Shown here: positions 50,701 through 64,000 of the stretch, piece after piece
How positions within the stretch are numbered: position 1 is the stretch's first letter
How the letters are laid out: the number at the start of each line of letters is the position of its first letter
NCBI GenBank assembly: GCA_965285935.1
Contig: OZ260662.1
Coordinates: 93,372,001 to 93,436,000, forward strand
DNA: 64,000 bases
Direction of reading: 5' to 3'
Source: Ophelia neglecta
Taxonomy: Eukaryota
Notes under the pieces: model-generated
Seen by the model: the letters and a program-made list of their open reading frames with translations, nothing else
Database searches by the model: none
What the model was told of the DNA's origin: nothing
Made by a program: the position numbers and the translations under genes

Positions 50701-52382
50701 GCATGGAAGGGACCATAATACAGCGTTACTGAGTAGCATAGCAGAGGACGTCCTTGGAAACATTGACTGGTGAAAATAATGTTTACATGCGCAAACAGTG
50801 TTAAAAGCTGTAAGGAAAACACTGCAGTATATTCCATTGTTTGTATACTCCGATGAAATAATTAATAATATAATTCGAGTCCTAAAAATGTGGTCACTAG
50901 TGGAAAAACATTCACTAGATTCCAAAGCTTTTCAGGATTTTAATTGGTCTTTCATGACCGCCTTCTATAATAATACTTCAGGCAATTGGTAATGATCATC
51001 ACATTGAGTGGGCGTCGTTGGCATTCATCTGAGTGGATGTTCTTCTATGTGATAATGTCACATTTGGAGATCCATCTGAATTTCAACATATCCGGAAGCA
51101 GCAAAGTAAAGAGGAATATTGGCCCTTGTGATCATGTCCTGAAGGGATATGATATCATTCCGGATAAACTAGGTGTGCCTTAGGGGTTTACTCATAAAAA
51201 GATCATTGCCAATTCTCTATGGCAGTCGCTTTCTAAGCTTTATGTCGGGACACGCATATACTGTAATGTCCCAATCAAGATTTTCATATTTTAGTATGTT
51301 ATAGACGATAGGACATTGATCAAAGGGTGTGTGACCTTCTTGTCAAAATATGACCTTATACAGGAAGGAAAAGATACCTTCCCTACTATCTTCAATTACA
51401 CAGAGGCTCCTAAGAGGATATAAATATATGATGGCCTTCACCACGCTTATGAGTGCTGACCGTATCCCATTTCCTTTACCCGGAACGAACCTGGCTTGCG
51501 GGTCAATGGCAAACCCTTTTAATTCAATTGATAAAGACTGCGTGCATTGGATATACATGTGCTTGTTTTGCATTTTCTGTTTAAAATCAAACAAATATGC
51601 GTTGCGCAACAAAGGTTACACTCAAGGAATAGGTATTCGGACTTAGGGTCTACACAAGGCAAATTGACTGATACTGTTTTATAACAGAATTCGACACACT
51701 TTTAAAACAAGTTTTAGTTTGTTTGGCTCACTACCTGTTAGTTCAATGTTAGAGCTATTTGATTATGAGCGTGCTTGTGGTGGCCCAGCTTACAGACTGG
51801 TAGTGACCACACTTCAGCATTTAAACATAGAAGGAACGTATTGAAATCATGGGTATGTATGGACTGCTGAAAACAGGACATTTATGTGTGCACCTTGGCA
51901 CCTATTGACATCCTTTAATACTTCGATAGATGATTGGACGCTTGAAGTCTCACCTGGCTCATGCTCTGAAATTCGAGCTTCTGCGCTGTTTGTCCTGGTC
52001 ATTCACGACCGTTTGCTATTTGTTCACACATCCCTAATAACTTCGGAAAATAACAAGGATGAAAACAGTTTCTAGGGTAACCAGTAAAAGGAGCTTATAT
52101 CATATTGGAAAATGTCGTGGCCAACAAAAGGACTGCGACAGGAACTAGGCTATACAACCATATAGCCCGCAACTAATAAAAGTGACGTTAGGATTTGCAC
52201 TTATAAAGTGGGTTGTATGATTAAGGGGCTGCCCTTTCTTGTTGTTATGTCTAAAATGAAATTCAGGATGTCTTATGACCTTGCAAATTTTACTTCATAT
52301 TATCAGTTCATATATCTTGGCTAAAAATACTTAAATTCTAATGCGGTAGATGCACTTAGTGTTACAAAAGGCTTGTAAAAAG

Positions 52383-52600
52383 GGCTATTGATTAAACGCG
52401 GAGGTGCGGAGGCTATGCGGAGGTGGAGTATTTCTGAGTGGCATGAAGCAAATAATCGTCAGCAAGGAAAGGGTTAGGACGGAGGGTTAATTTTAGGGTT
52501 AGGGGAAGGGTTAGGGACAGGTTTGATAGGTCTAGTGCTCTGTTCTAATTTCGGGATTTACCTCCGCAAGGCTCCGCGCCTCCGCTTTTAATCAAAAGCC
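52383..52600. mobile_element. MITE (related family) with telomere-like internal repeats
   Basis: TIRs GGCTATTGATTAAACGCGGAGG...CCTCCGCTTTTAATCAAAAGCC with subterminal GCGGAGG repeats; 8-bp flanks GTAAAAAG/GTGAAAAG; several GGGTTA/TTAGGG inside. Confidence 0.85.
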
Positions 52601-54592
52601 GTGAAAAGCACGATTTCAAGTAAAAGCCATGGCAAACGCTACATTAGCTACATTTTCGTGGGCTGATATGAACCTAAACATACCAAGTTTATTTATACGT
52701 AGTGAAAAATTGGCACGAATGGTTAAAGAAGACTGATGTTTTACTTTATTTTGCTGCCAATGCAGCTATCGCCATAGCGTTCGCCGGGTAAATTCTAGCA
52801 GTCTATATACTATCGATGACTCCTGGGACTGCTCGTGTTCAGGTTCGTGGTGCCATTGTAGAAACACCTTCGAAACCAAATACAGCCACGGCGTGAGCTG
52901 TAAGGCAGGATTTATTATATATCATAATAACTGATGTGAGCAATCTTGCGAGCAACTTTTGCTTGGAAATAAGTATACCGCAGCATTTGCCCACAACATA
53001 AGCACACTCATGCTGGCAGTAGTACTATAGGAATATAAAAACCCGGAGACCTTTGGCTTGAGGTCTCTGACCATTGAGGGAGATGCGTCCTTGTGAGTGT
53101 CCATAGGGTACAGTCTTTACAACGAAACTGATCTTATCTATCACTTACAGAACGAAAACATGTTTTATTAGCCAATTGAAGAATAGAAACAAATACTTCG
53201 TTATAAAGCGAAATGTTCAGTTTTTTAAGTTGAAACGAAAAAACACTTGTTTACCACCAAGAGAGGGAGCTCGATCAAGTTCGTTTACCTCGGCGATTGC
53301 TGGAGCAATCTTAGGGCATCTTCATTGTTGCATCTGCTCGTATTCAAGTGTACACACTTATATATGGAAGAGAGGAAGAAATTTTTGACGTGATGTATGT
53401 TGGTATAATCATATTTATATAAATGATTAAAATCTTTGTCATTTCATGTCCTATCTACTAAAATATCAGATCTATTTTTCTTACAATTAAAGTGCAGGAG
53501 TGTCTCTGTAGAGTGGGGTATTTAACTATAGAATTGAATAAGCAATCATCAAAATGTATGTGTCTCGCCTTCTATTGAAAATATCTTCCAATTGTCATTA
53601 ATGCTTGAAATAAGGTAAACAACACCTGCTATTTGTTGTCAATGTGTTATTTTTAAGTCCACCATTTATCCACGGTAAGGCAATAGTTTGTTACATTAAG
53701 TTGATATAGAAGATCCATGTGAAGCGTTATTCCCTCTGCTGTAAGGTAATAACATTTGGAGATATTACAAGCAGCGTCGAGCTGACGACAGTACTATGTA
53801 GCCACTCTATGATTTGGTTCTTGTAGAGCCAGAATTTCTTCTAGGCTACTCGTGAGATGATTTGAATAGAAAAAGAAGGAATGAACCTCTATGACGTATG
53901 AAGCGTGCTCAGGTGTCTGCTGACTTTGACATTTGTGCTGTAATAGTTGAGTACTTATGCCAAGATAATAAACGTCTTTGACATCTCTGTCGCTCTCATG
54001 TTATACAGTGGTTACCAATAACATGGAGAAACTACCCGATCAATAATCTGGTGATATTACCCTGAAGCGATATAGCTAGTACCGCCCTTATATTGGTTAG
54101 GTTATGTATGATATGCATGGTAGTGTACACAATGTACTGTACAAGTTCGAAAGCGTTAAATTGTGTCGTCCCCTGCAACTGACTCCCTTGGTTCCTGCTG
54201 TCTAACGCTACAAGTTGACCTTGTTCCTAACGATGGTGTTAGAATGGTATTAATTAGTATTCGAGAGTGTGCATATATGTATGTCTGAGAAAGCGAAGAA
54301 TGTTTGATGTTTCCAATAGCAGGAAGTCTCGCCATTAAATAAAAAAAAACAAGTATTATGTTTTCTTTATTCTCAAGTCCACCTGACGGTGATGCCAGTA
54401 GACTCTAGATTATGTTTATTCTGCCTCCAGAACTACCGAATTTGATTAAAACCTACTGGCAATACAGACTCATTTGACCAGACAATAAATTACTAATTGG
54501 TACTAAAAAGACGTATCAAAAAGTAAGTTCCATAATTTCCATATCTCTAGATACATTTCTGACTAAGTAGAAATTAAACTCAACCAAATATC

Positions 54593-54784
54593 TCACTATC
54601 GCAGCACGTTTACATATCAGTATCACATCACGTTTACATCTCACTATCACAGCACTTTTACATCTCACCATCACAGCACGTTTACATCTCACTATCATAG
54701 CACGTTTACATATAACTATCACATCACGTTTACATCTCACTATCACAGCACGTTTACATCTCACTATCACAGCACGCTTACATC
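54593..54784. repeat. Minisatellite, 8 x 24 bp (consensus TCACTATCACAGCACGTTTACATC)
   Basis: Eight contiguous units read directly; they explain the repetitive ORF 54516-54806. Confidence 0.95.
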
Positions 54785-56644
54785 CAAGTAGCCGATGATC
54801 TGCCACCTCCCGACCTTCTGTTTTTAATTAATACGAGCCCCTTAGGACAGTCTGTCGCCAACTTGTCATAAATATGACGGGCAAATACCAGCCCCCGGCA
54901 TAATCGAGAATGGCATGGTTATGATTAACCTTCTCCGACCAATAACGACGGTTCTAATTTTGTTGTACCTGAGAAGAACCCTAAGCGCGTTGGACATCCG
55001 TGCAGTCAAAGCGAAATTAATTATTTTCGCCAAAAGCATGAAGAAACGTGATCAGCTTGAGAGAGTAACAACGGTAGCAGTAGGAAAAGTTCCGCGTATA
55101 TATATTAAGCACAGAAAATCCCAACATAATTTATGTTCCGAGCCTTAAAAGTCAATTCAGGCAAAAGAATATATACTACTATAAAGTGAACTGGAATAAG
55201 TTGGAGGCTTTCAACTTTGGCCACAGGATATCTTTCCGTCAGGAAATGGTGGCAGTCAAGAGCTCGCCCTATTAAGGTGATATATTTAAATTATATGCAT
55301 ACATTGCGATGAAAAGTTGGACGCAACTGTGAAATTGCCTTTTCTGCCAAGGCATCACGTTTCAAAAAGTCTTATTGTATTTTACTCTTACTCTAGTTGC
55401 AGTATTTGCTCGTGTCTGGTAGCTCTATAGTGGATTAGCTGGTGGTAGCTGTCTAAGTTCAAGGTCAAATGTTAACCCATATGCTACTCACGTCTAAACC
55501 TCGGCAATATTTCTCTTATTACAAACACTTCTTGAATGTATAGCTGGCCTTCTTTCTTTTTAATTGCCTATTGCGATCAAATCCTACAGCTAGTACCCCC
55601 CTCCCCCCCCCCCTTGCTGCTCAAAGCTAAATATACCCCCAGGAGAATGTCAATGTGATTGAAATACTGAAATATTGATATTGATGCTGCTAGACGCGAA
55701 GGCAGTCCTTGATGTGGGCCTCAGGGAACTCAGTCACACTAATTATTTGCACAATATTTGCAGAACAAATGTCGATAACACTTATTCCAATGTTCATGAC
55801 ATACACCTGAAAGCAAACCCTTTCTGCATTCGAGTACAATTTCATAATATATGACGTGATATGGTGTCATGGTGAACGTAAAACGAAAAACCTCCTTCCC
55901 TATGAGGCCAAAGCTAAACTATAAACATATTTGGTTAACTTATTTGGCAAGAGTTTGTCGTGAACAATTATCCTAATGTAGCGTCGCCCCCTTGTCTATC
56001 TATTTACCCTCAGGTTAGACCCCGTTTGTTAAAGGGAAACTCACCCTATTCGAGGTGACTCGCTCTTGGCAGACTGTTGGTTGTTCAGCGGTCCATTCGA
56101 CATTCCCGTGACCAGGGGTAGGTCGGTGCTGCAGTCTGTAATACCATGTGGAGAGATGACCGTTGCTCAAAGGTGGCACTGAAGCGATGAATCTTCCTGA
56201 GAAATTCGATACCCTTGCTTATGAAATACTGAAATATGATAGCGTTTTTGTTAAGAGGTAACGTCAGAATCCATTTACGGAACGGGAAGGACAATTATTT
56301 GTTCGCCTTAGTGGTTGCCTTATCACATTTAAGGTAAATGCCGACTCTACTGGTATTGACAAACCTTTCCATATTACCCCTGGGAAATTTGATATCCTTG
56401 ACTTAGAAGTATTGGAATATTCAATATTCACGAACCAGGGGGTAGCGTGGCCGACCCTTTACACTTAGCAGGGCCGCTTTTTGCGACCAATTGTTAAGCA
56501 TGTCGCTAATGATAACAGATCACCACAGGCAAGCTCTTTATTTAGGCGTTCGGCAATCTTTCACAGTCTTGTGGTGATAACTAGCCCTTAATTCGTTCCA
56601 GGAGTAAAGGGAGGGCATACGTTTTACCTATGCTAATAGTTTTG

Positions 56645-56900
56645 GAGAAGTAGTGTATGCGCGAGTAGTATATGCTCAAGCATAGTCGTGAGTAGCGTTG
56701 TCGTAAGTAATATAGGGGTAAGTTAATGTTTGGAGATTAGTATAAGACTGAGTAGTGTGTACGAAAGTACAATTATATACATGAGTACTATAGATGGGAG
56801 TGGCATAGACGGGATATATGTGCCCAAAAATACACGGCTGCGAAGTATAGACGTCCTTAGTACATGCGTTAAAAGGATTGGCGTTAGTATATAGGCGGCT
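56645..56900. repeat. Highly degenerate short-period tandem repeat (GAGTAGTATA-like)
   Basis: Recurring AGTAGTGTA/AGTAGTATA/AGTACTATA words at roughly 14-15-bp multiples. Confidence 0.45.
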
Positions 56901-59900
56901 TTAATTGGCATTCTTTAGCACGACCTTTGAACAAAGACACACCGCCTGACCCAATTAAATATTGTTCGGAACGGGTAAGGTGACAAGGTTTATAGGGAAA
57001 TCGAGGTTATTTTAGTCGTAAAATTTTAGTGTATAATTTGGCATTGATAATGTCAAATTATTAATTGTAAATTTGAAATAGATGACATTTTAATTGCTAA
57101 TGGTTATCATGTTTGGGCAGAATTTAGTTTGCTTAGAGTTTTCATGTTTGATTTGATGCCCTATTACTAAATCCTGCACCACAAACACGCCCAAGGGCGT
57201 TGTGCTCCTTCAGTGGCTTGTTCTGGAAGAGCGTTATTTGCTGTCTCTGAATTGTTAGTCACCAAGGAAAAGACGCCAATCTGTTTCAATCACTTCTATC
57301 TAGATTGGCGAGAAAGGAGCTGTATTTATGACGGAGATGAGTACCAAGTCGTGTAGTTTTGCCAAATTTATAGCTGAGCGCTGTCAAACGCAGTAATACT
57401 GACTCCTTGATTGCCGGTGGAGATTACTTGGGATGTACAGGCGAGGAACGCGGTATGAATGAAATGAATACCGGAGAACATCGGCATTGAGCCTGATTGC
57501 TGATAGCAGATCCAGAAGACCATTCTCATCAACAGTAAAATCGTTTCTAATTTGGTCAATTTAATGTGATCAGACTGTAACAGTTATGGCGTGTTTCCCC
57601 TATGCCTATATAATTATGTTGATATCTCACCCAAGAGCAATTATTCACCATATCTTACCGTCTCATATAAAGGGGCAAATGACCATCGGCCTATAAATTA
57701 AGGACCCTATTGATTCCCAAATCATACATCTCCATGCAATCAGAGGGCTTATTTCATGAAACTATAATAGTGGTGTCGCCAACACAAATTTTCTAACTTA
57801 TTCACATGCTGTACTATTCCTTATTTTTTATTCACGTATTAATTTAAGCTTAGATACCAGACAAGATATGCAATAGCAATTCAGGCAGTCTACCTTATCT
57901 TTGCTCAACTGCAATGGGAATTCAGGAATGCATATCGATTGGAGTCCAGAAAATGTTCAAATGAGTATCGACGGAATCTACAGGGCGGATAATGAACAAC
58001 ATTACCCATTCAGCTGATTTTGTTTCCTCGAAGGCCTTACCTATTAGAAACCGCTAGGTATTTGCACAAAGCGCCCCCATGTGAATTCAATATATTGCAG
58101 TTGTCGATTTTGCTGCGAGCGGCTATTTATCATGTTTATCGAAGGATTATTTCTTTCCTACGAACTAGCAATGGAATATGTATAATTGAAATATCTTGAA
58201 CACAAAGCTGCCAATCGCCTAAACATAGAGAATTCCCCTCATTATGTATGCACCAAAGCGTACTCTTTCTCATTAGCTCTCACTTAAAATGCAATTATTA
58301 AGCTGTATATTACTTTGCAGAGATGGATAATTACGACTCAATGAATGCCCTACAATATCAAAAATAATTCCTATCTATGTTTTTTACTTTGCTCGTTAGT
58401 TGTTTATATGCACCCATCAGTTTGTCTGAGGTTGAAGCATTTCCCTGTTGATCGCCATGTACTTAATAAGAAATATGGCCTACTATTGATTCCAGGCAAT
58501 TCATGGCCAATGCATCTTGCTATTTCCACTGCCATAAATTTCCACGATGTTGCAATATTACCACCTAATGCGCACACACTCAAATCTCAGAGTAATCTTC
58601 GACAAAATCAAAATGCCTGATATTACGGCTAGCAGGTGACGCGGACCTCAGATACTTACTGTTGCGGAATGGTCTGTCATGTTCAGGTGGCATCTCGCTG
58701 TTCATTTCCAGTGTTTGGCATACCTAATCATGTCTAATATGGCTTCACGGCATTTCTGCAGCTTCCCTTTATAGTAATGGCATACGACTTCCTGTTAGAC
58801 CCTTCGTATTTAATACGCCAATGGAATAAAGCAGAATCTAGTAGGAGGATGAGCGTTTGATTTGATAGTGGTTCTGGTTTACAATCTATTCTGCAATCAG
58901 TTTGGTACAACTCAACCATATTCATGTCAGAACAATTAGGCTGTATGTGATCAGGATTCTTTCAAATAAATTATCGGAATCTCAGTGATTTTGGTGCTGA
59001 CACAGTCACTTGATCTGAGGGTTGCTTCCGGTCATATCTCTATACAAGGCGCTAGGAGATTTTCGTCGATATATATCAGACCGATATCCTGTGGTGATTT
59101 TTAAGGATCAACTGGGTCTCTGGGAATTTGTATATATGATTATGATATTTGGTTTTAATGGAAATTAAATAGACGACTCTCCCCCTTGTGGTTAACCTAT
59201 TTGGGTATTTGATGTTTATTTCGAAACAGGCTCCAAAGAACTGCTATTAGGTCAATACTGAAGAAACCCAACCAGAACAAGGAATAATCTGCAAATTTCA
59301 GACCGATATCTAGTAACTGGTCATTTCGGCCTAAAATAGTTGAAAATGTGGTTGTCGCTCGATTAGAGAAAGCAAATAAGAGGAAGTTTTTTTCATTGCG
59401 AATATGAGCAAAACAATGGCACAGAGACAGGTGTGTCAAGTGTCCAAGGGAGGGGGGGCATCCTACTTGGTCTGGATCAACCGAAAGGTGTGTTCTAGTC
59501 TTACTATATTTGTCGGCATCTCCCGACACTGCGAATCACGCTGTCCTTTTTAATTGGAAGAGAATATGTTTATGTTCCAACGCACTCGGTTTACATCTTG
59601 TCCGTCAGATCAGACACAAAATGTAAGTTTCAGAATCCAATTATCTGATTCATGTTTCTGGTGTGTGGTGTTCCCCTAGGTAGTACTTTAGAGTCACTTG
59701 TTTTTATTGTGTGCTCTTCACCCGTGGGAGTATCTATGAGACACTATATGCAGCAGATTTCCATTTGAATGCAGACGATTCTCAGCTCTGCGCAGTTTTT
59801 AATTCACGGCTTCCTGGCCATTATGATGAAACTTTGGCCAAAACGGGACAATGTATGCACTTTGTTAGTAATTGGAAACGGTAAAATTTCGTTCGTGATT

Positions 59901-61019
59901 GGATGGAGTAAAATTAAATGAATTATGTGAAAACGGATTGCATTAATTGCCAAGCGCCCTATATTTTAACCAGTGATGGGGATATCTTAATTCACATTGC
60001 CTTCATAAACATCACCGCACAATTTCGTTGCTACCCTCACAGGCTTTTTGCACATCATAATAGAGTTATAGTCTATTTGAGCGAAACAAGTCCATATGTG
60101 TGCACTATGCATGCACAGTAATGATGTCATTTGATGTACAATTGCTGTACAGCCTAGTAAATTCACAAACTTAAAATCTTATTCCTCTTCCTAAGCCCGT
60201 TTATAATTGCTGTCTTATACATTCTGTGTAAATTGACTGCGATGTATAGTATTAGAATTGTTTTTATTGCCATAATGGTGCAATATTTTGGGTAGAATCG
60301 CATAAATGCACGCATATATAAACTGCGCACAGTAGGTAGTCGTCTCATTCCTAGCACTGACTCCTAGTCTCGTACATAGATGTATGTGGGTACCAATTTA
60401 CCTTGTTCCATGTACGTTGAGAGCAAAAAAGCTTTTTAATACCGCGAGGGATAAAACGAAGCACGAAAACGCCCATGCATCTTTACATAGAACCATCTTC
60501 CTGCGCGGAATAAGACTTCTTTTAACTGGATTCAGATGAAAAACAGGCGTGTTTACCCGGCAGACAAAGACAAATCAGTGATCAACAATACTCCAGTGAA
60601 TCCTTCTGGATTCATCGACATTCATCGATCGATCAGGAACTAGCAGCCTCAGCATCACATATATGAATAAGTCAAATTCCAACTCCCAAATTGTAAAGAA
60701 ACATGTAACATGTTATAAGAAATAGTCAACAGTTTTCCGTGACGCAGATTTGAACACAACACTTCTCTCTTATGCGCTAACGTTTTTATTTACCATTTTA
60801 TTCGCTTAGTAATGATGGTTCATGCAATAAATCATTAATTTGTAAAATACTAGTCACGTTTCATTGGATTTCTTTCTCCACAAAATAAATTTTATTCACT
60901 CAAACATTAATTTCAAATATAATAGAAATTCTTAGATTTCAGATTTGTAGTAACAAATTAGGAAAATCTGCAACGTTAACTATAAGATATATCTTATACG
61001 GGTGCATTGATTACATTAT

Positions 61020-63550
61020 TGTCAGAATTAGAATCAGAAATATTTCATTTGGTCCAAGAATAACACCGCATATACCAACAATTACGAAAAATAAGGAAAA
61101 AAAGACGAGGTTGGCCCACTAAGATTTTGATAAAATCGTCATCGTGTGGGCCACCTGTACTTTCTGGTACTAATATTTCTTTACCTCTGCCCAGGTGTGT
61201 CATTAAAGTCAAAGAAATAATCATTAGTAGAAAGGACTCTTTCATCTCGAGGGCCATTTCCCATGTACGCCGGAGGCGGCGGCTATGTAGACAGCTGGGT
61301 TATAGACTAATACCGTTGTAGCCATTGTAGTAAAAACCTGAGAAGGCAAAGTTTCCCGGATTACACGACTCTTGCAGCCTCCGGCCCTTTCCAACACAAC
61401 GATGCGGCCGAGGTAAGAAGATGGGATCAAAGACAAGACACGCTTAGCCATCATGAACTAATTTGTCTGCGTTTCTTAAATGAACCTCTTTCAAAGGGTG
61501 GCTGGTGTTTCGTGCAAAAAAATGCCTTGAAAGTTAATCAGTTTATACACGCCCACGGTCGAATTGATCTGAATTGTCAATAGATATTTTCTTCTTCCAA
61601 GGCTTTCATTGATTTACTCTGGCCGGTTGGCAGTATTTTTTGCTCGGATCTTTACATTCACAAAGAGAATGTGGCTGAAGTTCTTAATCCTAATCAAATT
61701 AATTGATAAAAATAATTTGAATTAGGCTATGCTCGACGAAACTTTGCCGTTAAAGCCAGTTTTTATTGGTACAGACCACAAAGAGTAGCTACTGGGTATT
61801 CTATTGACGTGGCAAACCCAATGACGACTTCAATTTAGTCATATAAGACTAAGTCCGACTCGACGAAGCCGGAGAATTTTTACTGTATGAATAAAGTACC
61901 ATTATCCATCACAATTGGAATAATCTGAAGAGTAATCGAAAACCTACGAAATTCAATTTACAGCCCGCGGAGTATCGGGAATTAATTCGACCGGAAAAAG
62001 CAGAATGGATATCAAACTACCCTAAATGAGTTTCTAAATGGAATGACGTTTTGTGTTACCCGCGAATCTAAGTGCCAGCACTTGGCAAACCGTTCGGGTA
62101 GAGAGATAAGTTTTCGTTTCATACAAACAGGAATGCATGTTTTTTCTGACTTTGAGATGCAGGGTGCGTCGCCTGGCTTCTCTTGAGCAATCAGACGACA
62201 TCGGGTGAAACGCCGCGCTAGCTAGAGAAAATGGGAGCACGCGCTAAGGAAAATAGGACATATTTTTACATAATTCAAAGGGAACCTTGCTGCTTTATAC
62301 GTGATGTAAATGGTTGACAGCGAACGTCTTTTTATCAAGCTGCATCCAATTCCACAAGGGCTGGGTGTGGTCAACCAAATCACCATTTTTTGACAATAAA
62401 GCCGATGAGTTGCCATCCACTTTTCGGAACAATAGCAACAAAGTCAAGTCCCCCAATCTCATTTCAAGCGTTTGCAGAAAAGCAATAAATGCCGGTTGCC
62501 CCGACCCCGAGTGACCAGCGTATCCAAACGAGCGGATGTATGTTTGGAGTTGCTGAGGACCTAGGTCAGTAATTGTGTTCCTTTATAAGATTTATTCAAA
62601 AATTCCCATGGGACTTTGCGGAGGAAACATTTAACGGTTCTTACGCATGACCAAGGATAAACTCACTAGTAGATGAATCTCGTAGAAAGTTAACGCAGGT
62701 CAGATGAAATATATCCGGTTAACTTTGACGTGGGGGCATTCAGGTCCCAACGGTTTCTGATTGAACAATATCAATCTGTACCAACAGAGCCTCTAGGGCC
62801 AGCCTGATCGCATAAATTTAATCTTAACTTTGCAAAGGAATTCGCCTACTAGGTGGACGGAAGGATTTCGTGATCTGAATGTGTAGGTGTTATGAGGCAG
62901 AGAAAGGGTCGTGAGCTGAGAGAAATGCAACGAATTCGGGCTAAAAGCCATGTGAAACCACCAATTTAGGAAGCAGCTTGAAATTTCAGGGATAATTTGA
63001 TCTTTCAAGTTTGTCGGCTCGGTCGACAGAATGATGTTGCTGTCGATACAATATTGGCATGTCTGGTGCTAAATCCATGGGAATCGCATTATTAAATGTG
63101 ATTAACCTTCTAACACTTTCGTTCCTCCCACCATCACGGCGCCATGCCGAACAATTGATCGCCGTCAGAGGAATCAATTTTCTAGAAGCTTTAAACCCAG
63201 TACACCGTATGAGAAAAATGGTGCCATCGAAAGAGCGCCGTCTTGTCAGCCCAGCTGCATTGGGTCCGTCCGTTTCGCCCACAAATGAGCTTTATGGTAT
63301 GTTAATTTGATTTGTTAGTTCTAATTTTCATGGAGATGTACACAACAACGTTAATGAAGGCTCGGGCAGAGTCCCCTGGGACTAGAACTAATATCTGCAG
63401 CGATACTACATCTATGCCAGTAATGGCAGGCGAGGCTCCAATGAATTTTTCTGCATCAATAGAAACTGCAGGACGTAGTTCTGAGTATCTAATCCGTAGA
63501 GAATCAATGCAAAAAGTGCAGACAAATTTATCAGAAAAACCCCACACTAT
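61020..63550 (-). pseudogene. Decayed coding-like region, possibly a single-pass membrane protein with cadherin-like repeats
   Basis: Raised GC/CpG and long broken frames. Fragments DGTIFL..RDGG, DNGTLFIQ and VNVKIRAKNTANRPE, plus a terminal hydrophobic stretch LFFLIF/VIVGICGVILG. Family identity is weak. Confidence 0.25.
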
Positions 63551-64000
63551 ACACGTTTAATCTCCAGCTAAGCTTAGTTTTGTCAGTAAAAGCTACATTT
63601 AGCAGTGTGATCAGCGGAGTTGAGATATATTCTATGCCAGATATGTTGGTATAAAAAATTAATCAACAGTACAAAGACGAATTCGTATTTTTTTTCTTGG
63701 CAAATTATGACCATTAGGTAAAAGGGGACAAGAAACTTCAATGAACCCGTCTTCAGATCGCACACTCATCACTTCAATGTACTCATCTACCCAATCTACT
63801 CTTACAAATAAAAATATACAAGGATCGGGCGCTTAGCTTACAATTGCGGAGTTAAAGACAGCTTTGCAACACCAAATAAACATTCAACGTAATATTTCTG
63901 TTATGCAGTGACCATATTCTGCTCATATGCAGGCCTAACTTTTTTCCAGAATTTGCAGCTGTAGACATGCCGGAGGCTCTACAGATTGTCTGGGAAATGC

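Noticed and set aside
54593-54784. Possible CRISPR-like array
   Set aside because: Units are contiguous with no unique spacers, there are no cas genes, and the context is eukaryotic.
54516-54806. ORF with repeated CKRAVIVR
   Set aside because: Translation artefact of the 24-bp minisatellite (unit length divisible by 3).

Overview
AT-rich, intron-containing animal (probably invertebrate) genomic DNA. It has one well-supported protein-coding gene: a CCN-family (CYR61/CTGF/NOV-type) matricellular gene on the + strand at about 4.5-12.4 kb, with IGFBP, VWC and TSP1 exons in matching splice phases. Instead of one terminal cystine-knot (CT) exon it has a tandem array of three: intact CT-A (10152-10421; one knot Cys replaced by Tyr, acidic EGSGD tail), a decayed CT pseudo-exon (~11226-11430) and intact canonical CT-B (12164-12421; basic tail). 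Both intact exons are phase-0 partners of the same TSP1 donor, which suggests alternative last exons swapping the C-terminal module. Downstream lie a possible decayed fukutin/LicD-like sequence and a nest of CR1/L2-group LINEs. One of these is an antisense, internally deleted element whose ORF1 reads signal-peptide-like leader, 2A (GDVESNPGP) StopGo peptide, coiled coil/RRM. Three related ~220-bp MITEs have GGCT termini, 8-9-bp TSDs and internal TTAGGG motifs. From ~25 kb to 64 kb the window is mostly gene-poor, with decayed repeats and a few unidentifiable coding-like patches. All calls come from manual reading and translation; no searches were run.
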